Positions 19,197 through 29,254 of a stretch of 64,000 nucleotides of DNA are shown here, piece after piece. The stretch is from an uncultured Actinomycetes bacterium (lineage in GTDB: Bacteria > Actinomycetota > UBA4738 > JBBDTT01). Under the pieces are notes generated by a model that made no database searches, had not been told where the DNA came from, and saw only the letters and a program-made list of their open reading frames with translations. Position 1 is the first letter of the stretch; each line of letters opens with the position of its first letter. The translations under genes and the position numbers were made by a program. The stretch is from contig CAVUMN010000004.1 of NCBI GenBank assembly GCA_963742735.1, positions 1,472,001 through 1,536,000 on the forward strand, read 5' to 3'.

Positions 19197-19678
19197 GCGA
19201 GGGCCGCAAGCTCGTCGCGTCGAACCGCCGGGCGCGCTTCGACTTCGCGCTCGAGGACACGTGGGAGGCGGGCATCGTCCTCACCGGCTCGGAGGTCAAG
19301 TCGCTGCGCGGCGGGCGCGCCTCGCTGAACGAGGCGTTCGCCCGCGTCGAGGGCAACGAGGTGTGGCTCGAGAACATGCACATCCCTCCCTACGAGCCGG
19401 CCGGGAAGACCCACGGGTACGACCCGCGGCGGCCGCGGAAACTCCTGATGCACAAGCGGGAGATCCAGCGGCTGATCGGCAAGACGGCCGAGAAAGGCCT
19501 GACTCTCGTCCCGGTGCGCGTGTACTTCAAGAACGGGCTGGCCAAGGTCGAGGTCGGCCTGGGCCGGGGCAAGGCCAAGTACGAGAAGCGGCAGACGCTG
19601 AAGCTCAAGGAGCACCAGCGCGAGATCGAGAAGGGATTCGGCTCGGCCCGCAAACGGACTACGCCGCCGGCGCGCTGA
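19193..19678 (+). CDS. smpB: SsrA-binding protein SmpB
   Basis: Motifs NRRARFDF, EAGIVLTGSEVKSLR and RKLLMHKREI. Confidence 0.97.
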   Translation: MSEGRKLVASNRRARFDFALEDTWEAGIVLTGSEVKSLRGGRASLNEAFARVEGNEVWLENMHIPPYEPAGKTHGYDPRRPRKLLMHKREIQRLIGKTAEKGLTLVPVRVYFKNGLAKVEVGLGRGKAKYEKRQTLKLKEHQREIEKGFGSARKRTTPPAR

Positions 19679-19685
19679 TACTGGC

Positions 19686-21593
19686 TCAGCCCTCCACGTC
19701 GATCGACAGGGCCGCGGCCCCCTTGCGGGCGAGCAGCCGGTCGAGCGCGGCCTCGGCGTAGTCCACCGCCCCGCCCGGGATCTCGCCGCGCTTCGCGGCC
19801 GACAGGTGTGCGCAGGACAGGACCAGCGCCATGTGGCTGAACGCCTGCGGGAAGTTGCCGAGCGCCTCGCCGGTCTCGGGGTCGACCTCCTCGGCGTAGA
19901 GACCCACGTCGTTGGCGAAGCCCAGCAGCCGGTCGAGGAGGGCCTCGGCCTCCTCGAGCCGTCCGGCGTGGGTCAGGCAGTCCAGGAGCCAGAACGAGCA
20001 GAGCAGGAACGCGCCCTCGCCGCCCGCCAGGCCGTCGTCGGCCAGGTAGCGGTACAGCAGACCGGCCCCGTCCCCGCGCCCCAGGTCGGCCCGGACGCGG
20101 TCGATGGTGGCCGCGACGCGTGGGTCGTCCGACGCCACGATGCCGGTGGCCGGGACCAGCAGCGCGGCCGCGTCGGCCACGGAGCTCCCCGCGGCCTGGG
20201 GGAACCAGCCGTCGACGGCGGCCTCGTCGAGCAGGTGGGCGCGCAGGGCGTCGCGCTCCACGGCCCACCGCCCGACCGCCCCCGACCGGCCGCTCGCCGT
20301 CGCGATCTTGACCGCCCGGTCCAGCGCCACCCAGCAGTTGACCTTCGAGTGCACGAAGTGCCGGGGCTCGTCGCGGATCTCCCAGATCCCCTGGTCGGGA
20401 TCGCGCCATCGCTCGCACACCACGTCGGCCAGCCCGGCCAGGAACCGCCAGTTCTCCGTGGACAGAGAGCCTCCGGCCTTCCCGAACAGGTACGCGGCCT
20501 CCAGGATCTGGCCGTACGCGTCGAGCTGCATCTGCTTGACCGCGGCGTTGCCGATCCGGACCGGCCGCGACGCGCGATGGCCGTCCAGGTGGGACAGCTC
20601 CAACTCGGGCAGGGACCGCTCGCCGCCGATGCCGTACATGATCTGGAGGTCCTCGGGGCGGCCGGCGCCGGTCTGCTCCATGAACCGCTTGAACGCCTCG
20701 GCCTCCTCGGTGAACCCCAGGACGAACAGCGAGCCGAGGGTCAGCGTGGCGTCGCGGATCCAGGTATAGCGGTAGTCCCAGTTCCTGCCGCCGGCGACCT
20801 CCTCGGGGAGCGAGGTGGTGGGCGCGGCAACCACGGCGCCGGTGGGGGCATAGGTGAGGGCCTTCAGGGCCAGAGCCGAGCGCCGGACCTGGGCGGCGTG
20901 CTCGCCCTCGTACCAGCACCCGTCGATCCAGGCCCGCCAGAACCGGACGGTGTCGTCCAGCCGCCGGCGCATGTCGGCCAGGTCCTGCAGGGCATTCGTC
21001 GGCTCGCCGGGCGCCTCGGGCGACGGGCACCACGCGGCCTCGACGAAGACCTCCTCGCCCGCGCGCAGCTCGAACCGCCCGACGATCGCCTCCTCGGTGA
21101 CGTCGATCGGCTGGGAGGCCCGGACCATCAGCGCATCCGCCCCGCCCACCGCCTCGGCGCACCAGTCCGAGAGCAGCCGGAACCGGGGGACGAACCCCCC
21201 GTACTCGGGCCGCGGCGTCAGCGACAGCCGCACCGTCACCTCGCCGTCCGTGCAGGAGATGCGGCGCAGGATCGAGCGGTGCGACCCGACGCGGGTCGGC
21301 CGCTTCGGGTCCAGCGGCGCGACCGGCATGCAGTCGGTCAGGCCAACCGTGCCACGCTCGCACTCGAAGGACGTGACCAGGACGTTCGTCTCGTCCAGGT
21401 AGGCGCGGCGAACGTTGCGGACGCCGTCGGGGGTCAGGGCGAACGCCCCGCCCCGCTCGGCGTCAAGGATCTTGCAGAAGATGGCGGGGGAGTCGAACCG
21501 CGGGAAGCACGCCCAGTCCACGGACCCGTCGCGTCCGACCAGGGCCGCCGAGTGACAGTCGCCGAGGAGCGCGTAGTCGGCGATGCGGTTCAT
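19686..21593 (-). CDS. Glycoside hydrolase family 15 (trehalase/glucoamylase-like)
   Basis: Motifs IADYALLGD, AAPTTSLPE, RNWDYRYTWIRD, GIWEIR and LGNFPQAFSH. Confidence 0.93.
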   Translation of the reverse strand: MNRIADYALLGDCHSAALVGRDGSVDWACFPRFDSPAIFCKILDAERGGAFALTPDGVRNVRRAYLDETNVLVTSFECERGTVGLTDCMPVAPLDPKRPTRVGSHRSILRRISCTDGEVTVRLSLTPRPEYGGFVPRFRLLSDWCAEAVGGADALMVRASQPIDVTEEAIVGRFELRAGEEVFVEAAWCPSPEAPGEPTNALQDLADMRRRLDDTVRFWRAWIDGCWYEGEHAAQVRRSALALKALTYAPTGAVVAAPTTSLPEEVAGGRNWDYRYTWIRDATLTLGSLFVLGFTEEAEAFKRFMEQTGAGRPEDLQIMYGIGGERSLPELELSHLDGHRASRPVRIGNAAVKQMQLDAYGQILEAAYLFGKAGGSLSTENWRFLAGLADVVCERWRDPDQGIWEIRDEPRHFVHSKVNCWVALDRAVKIATASGRSGAVGRWAVERDALRAHLLDEAAVDGWFPQAAGSSVADAAALLVPATGIVASDDPRVAATIDRVRADLGRGDGAGLLYRYLADDGLAGGEGAFLLCSFWLLDCLTHAGRLEEAEALLDRLLGFANDVGLYAEEVDPETGEALGNFPQAFSHMALVLSCAHLSAAKRGEIPGGAVDYAEAALDRLLARKGAAALSIDVEG

Positions 21594-21634
21594 CCGGGCA
21601 GGATAGGACAGCACGGTCGTCGAACCATTCGAGT

Positions 21635-23515
21635 ATGCCCAAAGCGTCGCGTTCGTTTCGTGCTGCCGCCGGACTGGTGCTGGCCCTGTTGCTGGCAGCC
21701 GGTCCGGCATCGGCCGCTCCAGGGCCCGCCGGGGGGTCTCGTTCCTCCGCGCCCCTGAGGAACGGGGTCACCCGCCTGCTCGCGACGGGCGCCGGTCTCG
21801 CCGAGACCGTGCGCGGGATCGCGACGTTCGGCCGCGTGCCCGCGGCGGCCGACGTCCGCCCCCTGCGCGCCCTCGGCCTGGCCGTCCAGCCGATGAAGCA
21901 CCTGCCCCTGGCCATCGTCACCGGGAGGGTGGACGCGATGCTCCGGGCGGTTCGCGACGGGCTCGCCGACGACGTCTACCCCGAGGACCCCATCGAGCTG
22001 CACGACCAGGCCTCGGCCGACGCGATCATGGCCGCGAGTGTCCGGGCCCGGGGACTGACCGGCAAGGGCGTGACGGTCGGCATCGTCGACAGCGGCTGCG
22101 ACGCGAGCCACCCCGACCTGGCCGATCACGTGATCCACAACGTGAAGCTCTACAGCGCCGAGTACGTGAACCTGCGGCCGGACTCGAGCAACACCATCGC
22201 CATCGAGGTCGACCAGCTGCCGGCCTACTCGAACAGCGACCTGGGCTCGGGCCACGGGACCCACGTCGCAGGCATCGTCGCCGCGGACGGGACCACCGAT
22301 CCGGCCCACATCGGGGTGGCCCCCGACGCCGAGCTCGTGTGCCTGTCCATCGGCGAGGTCATCGCCACGACCGCGGTGGTGACCGCCTACGACTACCTGC
22401 TCGACCAGCCCGACCTGTGGGGCGTCGACGTCATCAACAACTCCTGGGGGAACTCCTACCGACAGTTCGACCCGCGCGATCCTGTGAACACCGCCACGAA
22501 GGCCGTGGCCGACCTGGGCGTGTTCGTCGTGTTCTCCGCGGGCAACTCGGGCTACGAGAACGGCGAGATGAGCGTCAACCCGTTCTCGATCGCGCCCTGG
22601 GTCAGCTCGACCGCGAACATGAGCGTCGAGTTCCACCGGGCCGACTCGTCCTCGAACGGCCTGACGCACGACAACTCGAGGCCGGTGGCGATCGGCGCCG
22701 GCGGCCACACCACGTTCCTCGGGCACCGGGTCGGGATCTATCACCCCGACCTCACCGCGCCGGGATCGAGCATCTCCTCCTCGTGCGACACGGCAGGGAC
22801 CGCGGTCGGGCCCTGCCCGCCGGGTGAGAACACGAGCGCGTCGGGGACCAGCATGGCCTCGCCCCACGTCGCCGGCGCGGCCACCGTCCTGCTGCAGGCG
22901 AACCCTCGCCTCACGCCCGAGCAGACCCGCCAGGCCATGAACGCCACCGCCCGGCCGGTGATGAACTTCAACGTCGACGAGATCGCGCCGTTCTGGCAGG
23001 CCGGGTACGGCCGGGTCGACCTGGCCCGAGCCGTGGCCCTGGTGAAGCGCAGGGACTGGGCGAAGGCGATCGCCAAGGGGCAGCGGTCGGCCGACGCGCG
23101 GGTCCTCCGGGCCGGACAGGTCGTGCGCCGAGCGGACTTCTGGACCTTCGACGCGCCCCCGGTCGCGCTGATGAGAAGCGACGAGCGGACGTTCGCGGTC
23201 GAGGTTCCGAAGGGAACGACCCACCTGAAGGTCAGCATCGGCCACCCCTCGCTGCAGACGCTGGGTGCGAACCTGATGGAGTGGCCGGTCGAGGTCCGCG
23301 ACGCGTCCGGCCGGGTGCTCGGGACCACCCAGGAGTTCCTGTTCGCGGGCTCGGGGGTCGCCATGTTCGACCTGCGGGCGCTGAAGCCCGCCTTCGGCGA
23401 GTTCACGTTCGTCACGAGCGGCATGCTCGCGGTCTCGGACCCCGACACGATCGACAGCGAATCGATCCTGGGCCGCATGGTCATCCTGCACGTCGCCCAG
23501 ATCGCCGCGAAGTAG
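21635..23515 (+). CDS. Secreted S8 family serine peptidase
   Basis: Signal peptide. Catalytic triad motifs IVDSG, HGTHVAG and SGTSMASPHVAG. Confidence 0.92.
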   Translation: MPKASRSFRAAAGLVLALLLAAGPASAAPGPAGGSRSSAPLRNGVTRLLATGAGLAETVRGIATFGRVPAAADVRPLRALGLAVQPMKHLPLAIVTGRVDAMLRAVRDGLADDVYPEDPIELHDQASADAIMAASVRARGLTGKGVTVGIVDSGCDASHPDLADHVIHNVKLYSAEYVNLRPDSSNTIAIEVDQLPAYSNSDLGSGHGTHVAGIVAADGTTDPAHIGVAPDAELVCLSIGEVIATTAVVTAYDYLLDQPDLWGVDVINNSWGNSYRQFDPRDPVNTATKAVADLGVFVVFSAGNSGYENGEMSVNPFSIAPWVSSTANMSVEFHRADSSSNGLTHDNSRPVAIGAGGHTTFLGHRVGIYHPDLTAPGSSISSSCDTAGTAVGPCPPGENTSASGTSMASPHVAGAATVLLQANPRLTPEQTRQAMNATARPVMNFNVDEIAPFWQAGYGRVDLARAVALVKRRDWAKAIAKGQRSADARVLRAGQVVRRADFWTFDAPPVALMRSDERTFAVEVPKGTTHLKVSIGHPSLQTLGANLMEWPVEVRDASGRVLGTTQEFLFAGSGVAMFDLRALKPAFGEFTFVTSGMLAVSDPDTIDSESILGRMVILHVAQIAAK

Positions 23516-23550
23516 CCCCGCCCTACGGTCGTATACTCGAGGGGCAACAC

Positions 23551-23898
23551 GGGGGTGATCTGGCATCGATTCGGTCGTTCACTTCCCGGGAGAAGCGAGC
23601 CGACGTCGCCGCATGCGTCGTAAAACAGGTGGCAAAACTAGAAGCGCCGATAACTACGCGCTCGCTGCCTAACTAACGGCAGCCGTTCGCCGGGGTCGCG
23701 CCTGCCGCTCCGGATCGAACGTCGCTAGCAGGCTCACCGGGCCGGTTGCGTCTCACGGCCGGACCGGGACATCGAAGTGAGACTGGACCGGTGGTCGGCC
23801 GCCTGCGGCGCTCCACCGGTCGAGATTAAGCGCAGGCTACGCTCGTAGAAGCCTCGGGGAGTCGCCCGAAGACAGGGGTTCGAATCCCCTCACCTCCA
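23551..23898 (+). ncRNA. ssrA: tmRNA
   Basis: 5' GGGGGTG pairs with 3' CACCTCC-A, including the G3:U70 Ala identity pair. T-arm GGGGTTCGAATCCCC. Tag ORF GCC GAT AAC TAC GCG CTC GCT GCC TAA (ADNYALAA) at 23646-23672. -10 TATACT at 23532-37. CCA is not encoded. Confidence 0.96.
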
Positions 23899-23942
23899 CT
23901 GCTCCGGTACGATCCGACGTTCGAACCCGCGGGGGACCCCCC

Positions 23943-24365
23943 ATGAAACTCGAGGTCTCGCAGGTGATCGACCGGCCGCTGGCCGAGGTCTTCCGCTGGT
24001 ATGCCGTCGAGCACGTTCGGAACCATCCGCGATGGGACCCGGACATGGAGCTCGAACAGGTGTCCGACGGTCCGATCGGCGTGGGAACCGTCATCCGCAG
24101 GCGCAACACCCACAGCGGAACTCCCGTCGACGGGACGATGGAGGTCGTGGAGTTCGAGCCCGAGCGGGCGTTCGGGGTCGTCATTCACGATGGACCGGCC
24201 GAGACGCGCGGGCGGGTGACCTTCGCCGCCGAGGGCCAGGACGGCACGAAGATCACGATCAGCGCCGAGATGCTTGGGCTCGCCGAGTCGATGCGGGACC
24301 TGTTGACGAGCCTGATGGAACGAAGCGCCCGAAACATCAAGGAGCTCATCGAGTCCGAGGCGTAA
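23943..24365 (+). CDS. SRPBCC (polyketide cyclase/START-like) family protein
   Basis: Motif pattern IDRPLAEVF...PRWDP...GPIGVGT...VVEFEPER. Confidence 0.8.
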   Translation: MKLEVSQVIDRPLAEVFRWYAVEHVRNHPRWDPDMELEQVSDGPIGVGTVIRRRNTHSGTPVDGTMEVVEFEPERAFGVVIHDGPAETRGRVTFAAEGQDGTKITISAEMLGLAESMRDLLTSLMERSARNIKELIESEA

Positions 24366-24408
24366 CGCTCCCGCCGATTACCTGACATCCAAGGACAAGG
24401 ACACGACC

Positions 24409-25014
24409 ATGCGAGAGCTTCTCGTCGACTTCATCACCTCCCTCGACGGCTACGCGTCGGCTGACGGCTGGCCCGGCTTCTGGGGTCTCCAGGGGCCCGA
24501 GTACCTCGCCTGGCTCGAAGAGCAACCCGATGTCACCTACCTGATGGGAGCCAACACCTACCGACTGATGTCGGGCTTCGCGGCCGGGGAGACCCCGGCG
24601 GGAATCGACGAGTTCAACGCCGACGAGGAGGCCTCCGTCGACGACCTGACGCAAGCGTCGAAGGTGGTGTTCTCCACCTCTCTCGAGGAGCCGCTCACGT
24701 GGGCCAACACCACGCTCGTGCGCGACGAGGCGGTCGAGGTCGTCCGGGCGATGAAGGAGGACGGCTCCGGCATCCTGAGCACGCTCGGCAGCATCAGCCT
24801 GTGCCGATCGCTGCTGCGAGCCGGACTCGTCGATCGCTTCCGAGTCGTCATGTTCCCGGTGATCACCGGCGCCACGGGATCAGAACGCATCTACGACGGC
24901 TACCCGGACGTCGCCCTCGAGATGATCGACAACCGCACCTTCGACGGCCGCATCCAGCTCGTCGAGTACCGGCCCAGCGTGCTCGAGCACCCACCGCTCC
25001 AACCCAACGCATGA
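24409..25014 (+). CDS. Dihydrofolate reductase-like (RibD C-terminal) protein
   Basis: Motifs ITSLDGY, LMGANTY and GSISLCRSLLRAGLVD. Confidence 0.88.
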   Translation: MRELLVDFITSLDGYASADGWPGFWGLQGPEYLAWLEEQPDVTYLMGANTYRLMSGFAAGETPAGIDEFNADEEASVDDLTQASKVVFSTSLEEPLTWANTTLVRDEAVEVVRAMKEDGSGILSTLGSISLCRSLLRAGLVDRFRVVMFPVITGATGSERIYDGYPDVALEMIDNRTFDGRIQLVEYRPSVLEHPPLQPNA

Positions 25015-25098
25015 TTCGAGAAGCCAGCCGGGGGTCGGCAGGGCCGTGCGCTCTGACACCAGCCGGAATCCGCGAGGCCACGTATTAGGCTCCCTTCC

Positions 25099-25623
25099 GT
25101 GAGCGGCGAGCTCGTCGATCCGCTTCGGCACAACTCCTGGGCCACGGCTCGGCTGTTGGAGCTGTGCAAGGGGCTGACGCCGGAGCAGCTGCGGTCGTCG
25201 TCGCCGGGGAACTACGGGACCATCCTCGAGACCCTCCAGCACATCATCGGAGCCGAGGGGAACTACCGGGCTCGCTTGACGGGAACCCCGACGGCCTGGT
25301 CGCGGCCACCCAGGGAGGTCGAGGACATCGACGAGCTCGCGCGGCTGAACGAGGATCTGGCGAGGTTCTGGGAAGAGCTCGCGTCCAGGCCATTCGACCC
25401 CGAGCGGACAATCCGGTTCGCGTACTCCGACCCGGATCCCGAGGACGTGGGCAAGGAGTTCGACGTCAAGGCCGGCATCATGGTCGCCCAGACCATCAAC
25501 CATGGGAACGAGCACCGCGCCCAGATCTTCACGATCCTCACCACGCTCGGCGTCGAGGCCCCCGAGCTGAGCGGCTGGACCTACGCCGAAGCGACGGGCC
25601 GCTTCGGCGAAGCCACCACATAG
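25099..25623 (+). CDS. DinB family protein
   Basis: Motifs HNSWAT..LL, TLQHIIGAE and INHGNEHRAQI (His triad). Confidence 0.88.
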   Translation: MSGELVDPLRHNSWATARLLELCKGLTPEQLRSSSPGNYGTILETLQHIIGAEGNYRARLTGTPTAWSRPPREVEDIDELARLNEDLARFWEELASRPFDPERTIRFAYSDPDPEDVGKEFDVKAGIMVAQTINHGNEHRAQIFTILTTLGVEAPELSGWTYAEATGRFGEATT

Positions 25624-25646
25624 CGCCCACGCAAAGGGGGGACGGC

Positions 25647-26012
25647 ATGCAGTTCAACGGCATCATGATCGGCTCCGAGAACCCAGAACGACTCGCGGAG
25701 TACTACACGAAGCTCTTCGGCAAGCCGGTGTGGGAGGAGGGCGGATTCAACACCTGGCAGATCGGCAGCGGCGCGATCACCGTCATTCCGCACGACCAGG
25801 TGAAGGGGAAGAACGTCCACCCCGGCCGCATCATCCTGAACATCGAGACCGACGACGTTCCGGGTGAGTTCGAGCGGCTCAAGGCCGCCGGAGCGACGGT
25901 CGTCCAGGAGCCCTATCACCCGATGGAGGCGACCGACATGTGGGTGACGACGTTCTCCGATCCCGACGACAACTACTTCCAGCTGGTCAGCCCGATGGAG
26001 GTTCCCGGCTAG
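25647..26012 (+). CDS. VOC (glyoxalase/bleomycin resistance) family protein
   Basis: Motif pattern NPERLAEYY...FSDPDDNYFQL. RBS-like AAAGGGGG upstream of ATG 25647. Confidence 0.85.
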   Translation: MQFNGIMIGSENPERLAEYYTKLFGKPVWEEGGFNTWQIGSGAITVIPHDQVKGKNVHPGRIILNIETDDVPGEFERLKAAGATVVQEPYHPMEATDMWVTTFSDPDDNYFQLVSPMEVPG

Positions 26013-27195
26013 GGCGGGAGATCGCCACCGTGGTCATCGCGGCCAGGGCCATCACCACGAGCCCGTAGCCGTACGTCGTCGGCTTCAGGCCGAACTCGGT
26101 CGTGGCGACGCCCGCGATGATCGCGGGCAGGCTGAAGGACAGGTACGTCGCGATGTAGATCGAGGCGAACAGGGCGTTTCGCTGCTCCGGCGGTGCGAGG
26201 GGCGCCAGGCTCCGGACCACTCCCGAGAACGCCGGCCCGAGGCCGAGGCCGGCCACCCCGCTGCCGAGGTACAGGCCGGCCGTCGAGTCGAACGCCACCG
26301 CGAGCAGGGTCACCCCGACGCCCCCCGCGATGACGACGGAGCCGCGCAGCAGGAGGAGCCGGGGTTCGATCCCGCGCACGGCCGTCGAGGCCACCGCGCC
26401 CGCCCCGGCCAGCACCACGATCACCAACCCGCCGGCGACGCGGTTCTCCGTCGGGATGAGGCTGGCCGCCAGCGAGGGGCCCAGCGACAGGTAGAGCCCG
26501 GCGAGGGCCCACATCGCGATCAGCGACGGCACCGAGGCGACGAAGACCGGTCGAGCCGCCGACGGCACCCCAACCCGTGGCCGGAGCGATCGCAGCCAGC
26601 CCGGCGTGCGCCGGACGACGTCGGGGATGACGAACGTCGCGGCGAGCATGATCGCGTAGGCGGCGGCGAGCACCCAGAACACGAGCCGGATCGGGTTCGG
26701 GCCGTACTCCACCAGCACGCTGGAGACGAGCGCGCCACCGGCCAGCCCAACGAGTGGGGCGATCCCGCCGACAAGGCCGGCGAAGCGCGGGTTCTCGGGC
26801 GGCTGGAGATCGAGCAACCACGCGCTGAGGGCCGCGGTGGCGACGCCGGTCCCCAGGCCCGTCAGGACCCGCCCGGCGTAGAGCATGCCCACGCCGTCCG
26901 CGAGGAGGAACGCGCCCATGCTGGCGATCTGCACCACGAGGGCGCCCATGACCACCGGCCGGCGCCCGAGGTGATCGGAGAGGCGCCCGGTGATGAGCAG
27001 CCCCACCAGCGCGCCGCCTGCGTACACCGCGTAGATCGCCGTGACCGTGAGCGGCGAGAAGTTCCACAGCGCGCCGTAGACCCGGTAGAGCGGAGACGGC
27101 GCGCTCGCGGCGAACAGGAACAGCGAAAGCAGCGACGCGAGGAGCCAGAACCCGGCGGCGCGGGCAAGCTCCGTCCTGGTGCCGGTCTCCGACAC
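25987..27195 (-). CDS. MFS transporter
   Basis: About 12 TM helices. Motif A GRLSDHLGRRP, plus APSPLY. Confidence 0.9.
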   Translation of the reverse strand: MSETGTRTELARAAGFWLLASLLSLFLFAASAPSPLYRVYGALWNFSPLTVTAIYAVYAGGALVGLLITGRLSDHLGRRPVVMGALVVQIASMGAFLLADGVGMLYAGRVLTGLGTGVATAALSAWLLDLQPPENPRFAGLVGGIAPLVGLAGGALVSSVLVEYGPNPIRLVFWVLAAAYAIMLAATFVIPDVVRRTPGWLRSLRPRVGVPSAARPVFVASVPSLIAMWALAGLYLSLGPSLAASLIPTENRVAGGLVIVVLAGAGAVASTAVRGIEPRLLLLRGSVVIAGGVGVTLLAVAFDSTAGLYLGSGVAGLGLGPAFSGVVRSLAPLAPPEQRNALFASIYIATYLSFSLPAIIAGVATTEFGLKPTTYGYGLVVMALAAMTTVAISRPSREPPSG

Positions 27196-27198
27196 GCC

Positions 27199-27987
27199 CT
27201 ATCCCTGAGCGGGGGCGCGGCGGACGGGCATCATCGTGGGGGTGGGGTCGTTCTGGAGGAAGTCCAGGACGAGCCGGGCAACGACGTCGGGTTTCTCCAT
27301 CGGGAGCCCGTGCGAGGATCCGGGGACGACGGCCAGCTGCGCGTTGGGGACCGAGTGGTACAGCTCGATCGTGTGCTCCAGTCGGATGACGTCGTCGTCC
27401 GACGAGATCACCAGGGTGGGTGCGTCGACCTTCGACAGGTCCCCCGGGTCGATGTTCGGACCCGCCAGGATCATCTCCTTGATCTTCTGGAAGGCCACCG
27501 GCCAGTGCTCGGCTCCGTCGGGGGAAAGGGCCTCGTAGTCGGACCGGGGAAAGTCCCACTCGGGGCTGTCGGGCCGCGCGTTCCGCAGTGCTTCTTCGCT
27601 CTCGGGAACGGGGGCGTGCTCGTTGAAGTTGGCCGAGAGCGTCACCACCTTCGTGACCAGGTCCGGACGCTGCATGGCGATGAGGAGCGCGACGTTCCCT
27701 CCGTCGCTCCAGCCGACCAGGGGGGCAGGCCCGCCGACCTGCTGGTCGAGGAACGCGATCGTGTCGTCGGCCATCAGCTGGTAGGTGATCGGGCCCTCGA
27801 CGTCGGGCGTGTGGCCGTGGGCGCGGCGTTCGGGTGCCACGACGCCGTAGTCCTCGGCGAGCAACGGCGCGAGCATGCCCCACGCCGAGTTCGAGGTGAG
27901 GCCGCCGTGCAACAGCACCAGCGGCGGACCTGACCCCCAGGTGTCGAACCAGGTCTTCAGACCCTTCACGTCCGCGTACTCGCCCAT
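27199..27987 (-). CDS. Alpha/beta fold hydrolase
   Basis: Motifs LLHGG and GWSDGG, with a C-terminal catalytic His (PGSSH). Confidence 0.9.
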   Translation of the reverse strand: MGEYADVKGLKTWFDTWGSGPPLVLLHGGLTSNSAWGMLAPLLAEDYGVVAPERRAHGHTPDVEGPITYQLMADDTIAFLDQQVGGPAPLVGWSDGGNVALLIAMQRPDLVTKVVTLSANFNEHAPVPESEEALRNARPDSPEWDFPRSDYEALSPDGAEHWPVAFQKIKEMILAGPNIDPGDLSKVDAPTLVISSDDDVIRLEHTIELYHSVPNAQLAVVPGSSHGLPMEKPDVVARLVLDFLQNDPTPTMMPVRRAPAQG

Positions 27988-28085
27988 CGCCCCTCCCTCG
28001 GTCTGAGGGGCAGCTTAGGGCCGAAGGGCGCGGCGGGGGTGTCCGCCGCTCGGTCACCGGTCTATCTTCTGGCCGGAGGCGCGAC

Positions 28086-29093
28086 GTGACCGAGCACCGG
28101 AGGACGAAACGGCGGATCGTCCTGTGCCTCCTGCTGATGGCCGGGGCCGGCGAGGCGAAGGCCCTCGCGCACGAGTCCGAGGCGGGCGTGTCCCTCCGGT
28201 TCTCCGCGGTGGTACCCGCGGTCGAGGGGCTCGAGGTCGAGGCCCGCGACGGCATCGCGCCCACGCTGACGGTCACCAACGCCACCGGGGAACGTTTCGA
28301 GGTCATCGGCAGGGACGGGGTTGCGTTCCTGCGGATCGGTCCCGAGGTCGTCCAGGCCAACCTGGCGTCCCCGGACTGGTGGGCCTCGGAACGGCCGGAG
28401 GCCGGGGCGCCGCCGCCCGCCACCGCGAGGCCCGGCGCCGAACCCAGATGGGCCCGGATCGCCGAGGCGGCGGAGTGGGCCTGGTTCGAGCACCGGCTCG
28501 ACGGCCCCGCGGCGGTCGCCGGCGCGGACTGGTCGATCCCTGCCCGCCTGGGGGCGCGCTCGATCCGGCTCACCGGCACGTGGGTGGCGGCGCAGGTGTA
28601 CGGCGTCTTCCGGAGCACGCTGACGGGAGTGGAACCCGCGACCGACGGGCTGGAGGTCACCATCCTGCCGGGGTCGGTGCCGGGACTGTTCGTCGAGAAC
28701 GCGACGGGCCTGGCGCTCGAGATCGACGATTCGGAGGGAAGGCCATTCCTGCGGATCGGGCCGGAGGAGGCCTTCCTGGCCGACCCGAACGGCGCCTATC
28801 AACGCGTGGGCGGAACGCCACGGTGGGGGTGGGTGGAGCCCCGCGCCGGGTGGGACGGCGGCGATCCTCCGGCCGCGCTCCGGGACGCGACCGAGCCCGT
28901 AGATGTCGGCGCCTGGTCCGTTCCGGGACGCCTGGGCGGCCGCGAGATCGAGATCCGAGGACGCCTGGAGTGGGTGCCCGTCCGGTCCCACCACGAGGCC
29001 TCGGCTTCCGCGAACCGTCGGTGGCCGGTCTTCCTGGGGATCGCCGCGGCGGCGGTGCTGATCGCGCTCGTGGTCCGGCGTCGCCGTGGCTGA
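28086..29093 (+). CDS. Uncharacterised surface protein: signal peptide, mature N-terminal His, two tandem homologous domains, C-terminal TM plus Arg tail
   Basis: AKALA/HESE cleavage site. Duplicated GLEV...NATG...FLRIGPE...W.W.E.R...WS.P.RLG.R.I...G motif. Ends WPVFLGIAAAAVLIALVVRRRRG. Confidence 0.7.
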   Translation: MTEHRRTKRRIVLCLLLMAGAGEAKALAHESEAGVSLRFSAVVPAVEGLEVEARDGIAPTLTVTNATGERFEVIGRDGVAFLRIGPEVVQANLASPDWWASERPEAGAPPPATARPGAEPRWARIAEAAEWAWFEHRLDGPAAVAGADWSIPARLGARSIRLTGTWVAAQVYGVFRSTLTGVEPATDGLEVTILPGSVPGLFVENATGLALEIDDSEGRPFLRIGPEEAFLADPNGAYQRVGGTPRWGWVEPRAGWDGGDPPAALRDATEPVDVGAWSVPGRLGGREIEIRGRLEWVPVRSHHEASASANRRWPVFLGIAAAAVLIALVVRRRRG

Positions 29094-29146
29094 GAGTGTC
29101 GCGTTCGCCCCGACTTGACCCCCGCCGGATAGGGCGATCGCCCGAC

Positions 29147-29175
29147 TTGCCTGCACTGCTCTTCGAGACTACGTT
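29147..29175 (+). promoter_or_regulatory. SigA-type promoter of the copper-radical oxidase gene with upstream direct repeats
   Basis: TTGCCT-N17-TACGTT. CCCGACTTG direct repeats at 29109-17 and 29141-49. Confidence 0.45.
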
Positions 29176-29254
29176 TGGGGTGTCGCCAAGAGGAAACGTC
29201 CCCGGTGTAGGTACTTCCCTCGTTCCATGCCCCCGTTCGGAAAGGGAGGGGACC

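Noticed and set aside
28124-29254. N-terminal 377 aa of the 1090-aa ORF as part of the oxidase
   Set aside because: This is a shadow frame over the real 28086-29093 gene. The oxidase has its own RBS, GTG at 29255 and signal peptide.
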